Shown: piece after piece, positions 63,610 to 64,000 of the stretch
How the letters are laid out: each line of letters begins with the position of its first letter
Numbering within the stretch: position 1 is the first letter of the stretch
IMG/VR virus record: IMGVR_UViG_3300045988_126669
Coordinates: 33,217-97,216 of that record
DNA from: a virus
Strand: one strand, 5' to 3'
Length of the DNA stretch: 64,000 nt
Notes under the pieces: model-generated
Database searches by the model: none
The model's input: the letters and a program-made list of their open reading frames with translations, nothing else
What the model was told of the DNA's origin: nothing
Program-made: the position numbers and the translations under genes

Positions 63610-63893
63610 AAAGAGTTCATTTAATATGGGATGAGTTTCGTCCCGTTTTAGCTTGCAGTGATCTTTCAGACGCATATGAAATGCTTCTTTCTTTTTATGA
63701 AGAAAGAACTTATGATGATTTTCTTTGGTCTTGTGTTTATCATGATTTGTCCATTGAGGATTATTTTGATAGTATGAAATGTTCTTTTGAGCTATATAAT
63801 AAGTATAATAACTCTAAGAAATATGAAACACTTGAAGCTTATATTTTAGAGGATGAAAAACATTTTAGCATAGTTAGTATGTGGGAGGTGTAA
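63606..63893 (+). CDS. hypothetical protein (95 aa)
   Basis: ATGA overlap. Confidence 0.5.
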   Translation: MKRVHLIWDEFRPVLACSDLSDAYEMLLSFYEERTYDDFLWSCVYHDLSIEDYFDSMKCSFELYNKYNNSKKYETLEAYILEDEKHFSIVSMWEV

Positions 63894-63896
63894 AGT

Positions 63897-64000
63897 ATGG
63901 TAGCTCCGAGTTTTCAGAAATTTGAATTCATTGGCGATGTGTATGTGTCTGCGGGAAAGAAATATATCCAGGTGAAGAACCCGAAAACCGGGACTATTCG
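63897..64000 (+). CDS. hypothetical protein, 5' partial at the window end
   Basis: RBS GGGAGGTGTAAAGTATG. Confidence 0.4.
   Translation, partial: MVAPSFQKFEFIGDVYVSAGKKYIQVKNPKTGTI

Noticed and set aside
31700-64000. Lysogeny module (integrase/repressor) or a recognisable lysis cassette
   Set aside because: No tyrosine/serine recombinase-sized ORF or motif was seen. Small membrane peptides at 58.7-59.5 and 62.1-62.7 kb could be holin-like, but no endolysin domain was recognised, so no call was made.

Overview
This 64-kb window looks like most of a tailed (siphovirus-like) phage genome in two compartments with opposite strands and different coding rules.

Compartment 1 (1-31.5 kb, minus strand) is an AT-rich DNA-packaging and structural operon. 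It contains a likely terminase small-subunit candidate, a terminase large subunit, a portal, a scaffold-like protein, an HK97-like capsid protein, head-tail genes, a major tail protein, chaperones, a ~2768-aa TP901-type tape-measure protein, tail fiber and a baseplate gene. It is only readable if TAG is translated as a sense codon, most likely Gln. Almost every gene carries in-frame TAGs, and all real stops are TAA or TGA. A standard-code ORF call shatters this region into fragments. TAG=Gln is supported by a repeat protein at 57055-57953, where the same motif has CAA in one repeat and TAG in the others. No suppressor tRNA was found in the window.

Compartment 2 (31.7-50.6 kb, plus strand) is GC-richer and uses the standard code, with TAA/TGA stops only. 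It holds about 45 tiny genes, each with its own TTGACAA-N17-TATAAT promoter, an AAAGGAAAGGGG-type RBS and an intrinsic terminator. This array is punctuated 8 times, every ~2.2 kb, by a conserved ~180-bp module. The module is an inverted-repeat-flanked sigma70-like promoter, then a GC hairpin whose sequence varies while its structure is kept, then a palindromic AAATTTGCACAAATTT box, then a second TAGACA-type promoter.

Other elements in compartment 2 include leaderless 'MS(R/G)G' micro-ORFs, Pro-rich leader peptides and a shared 5'UTR hairpin. Recognisable genes there are an AbrB/SpoVT-like regulator, a DEDDh exonuclease and a HAD dNMPase.

At 50.9-53.6 kb there is an AT-rich minus-strand island that uses TAG as sense. 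It carries a GIY-YIG homing endonuclease, RHH and HTH regulators and a dense TTTGCAAA palindrome array. The region from 53.6 to 64 kb is a third plus-strand block driven by a distinct AT-rich promoter class (TTTTATAAAAAATATAATATAATAT...). It includes a second homing-endonuclease-like gene with 4 in-frame TAGs and a metallophosphoesterase.

Coordinates of features I derived by hand may be off by 1-3 nt.
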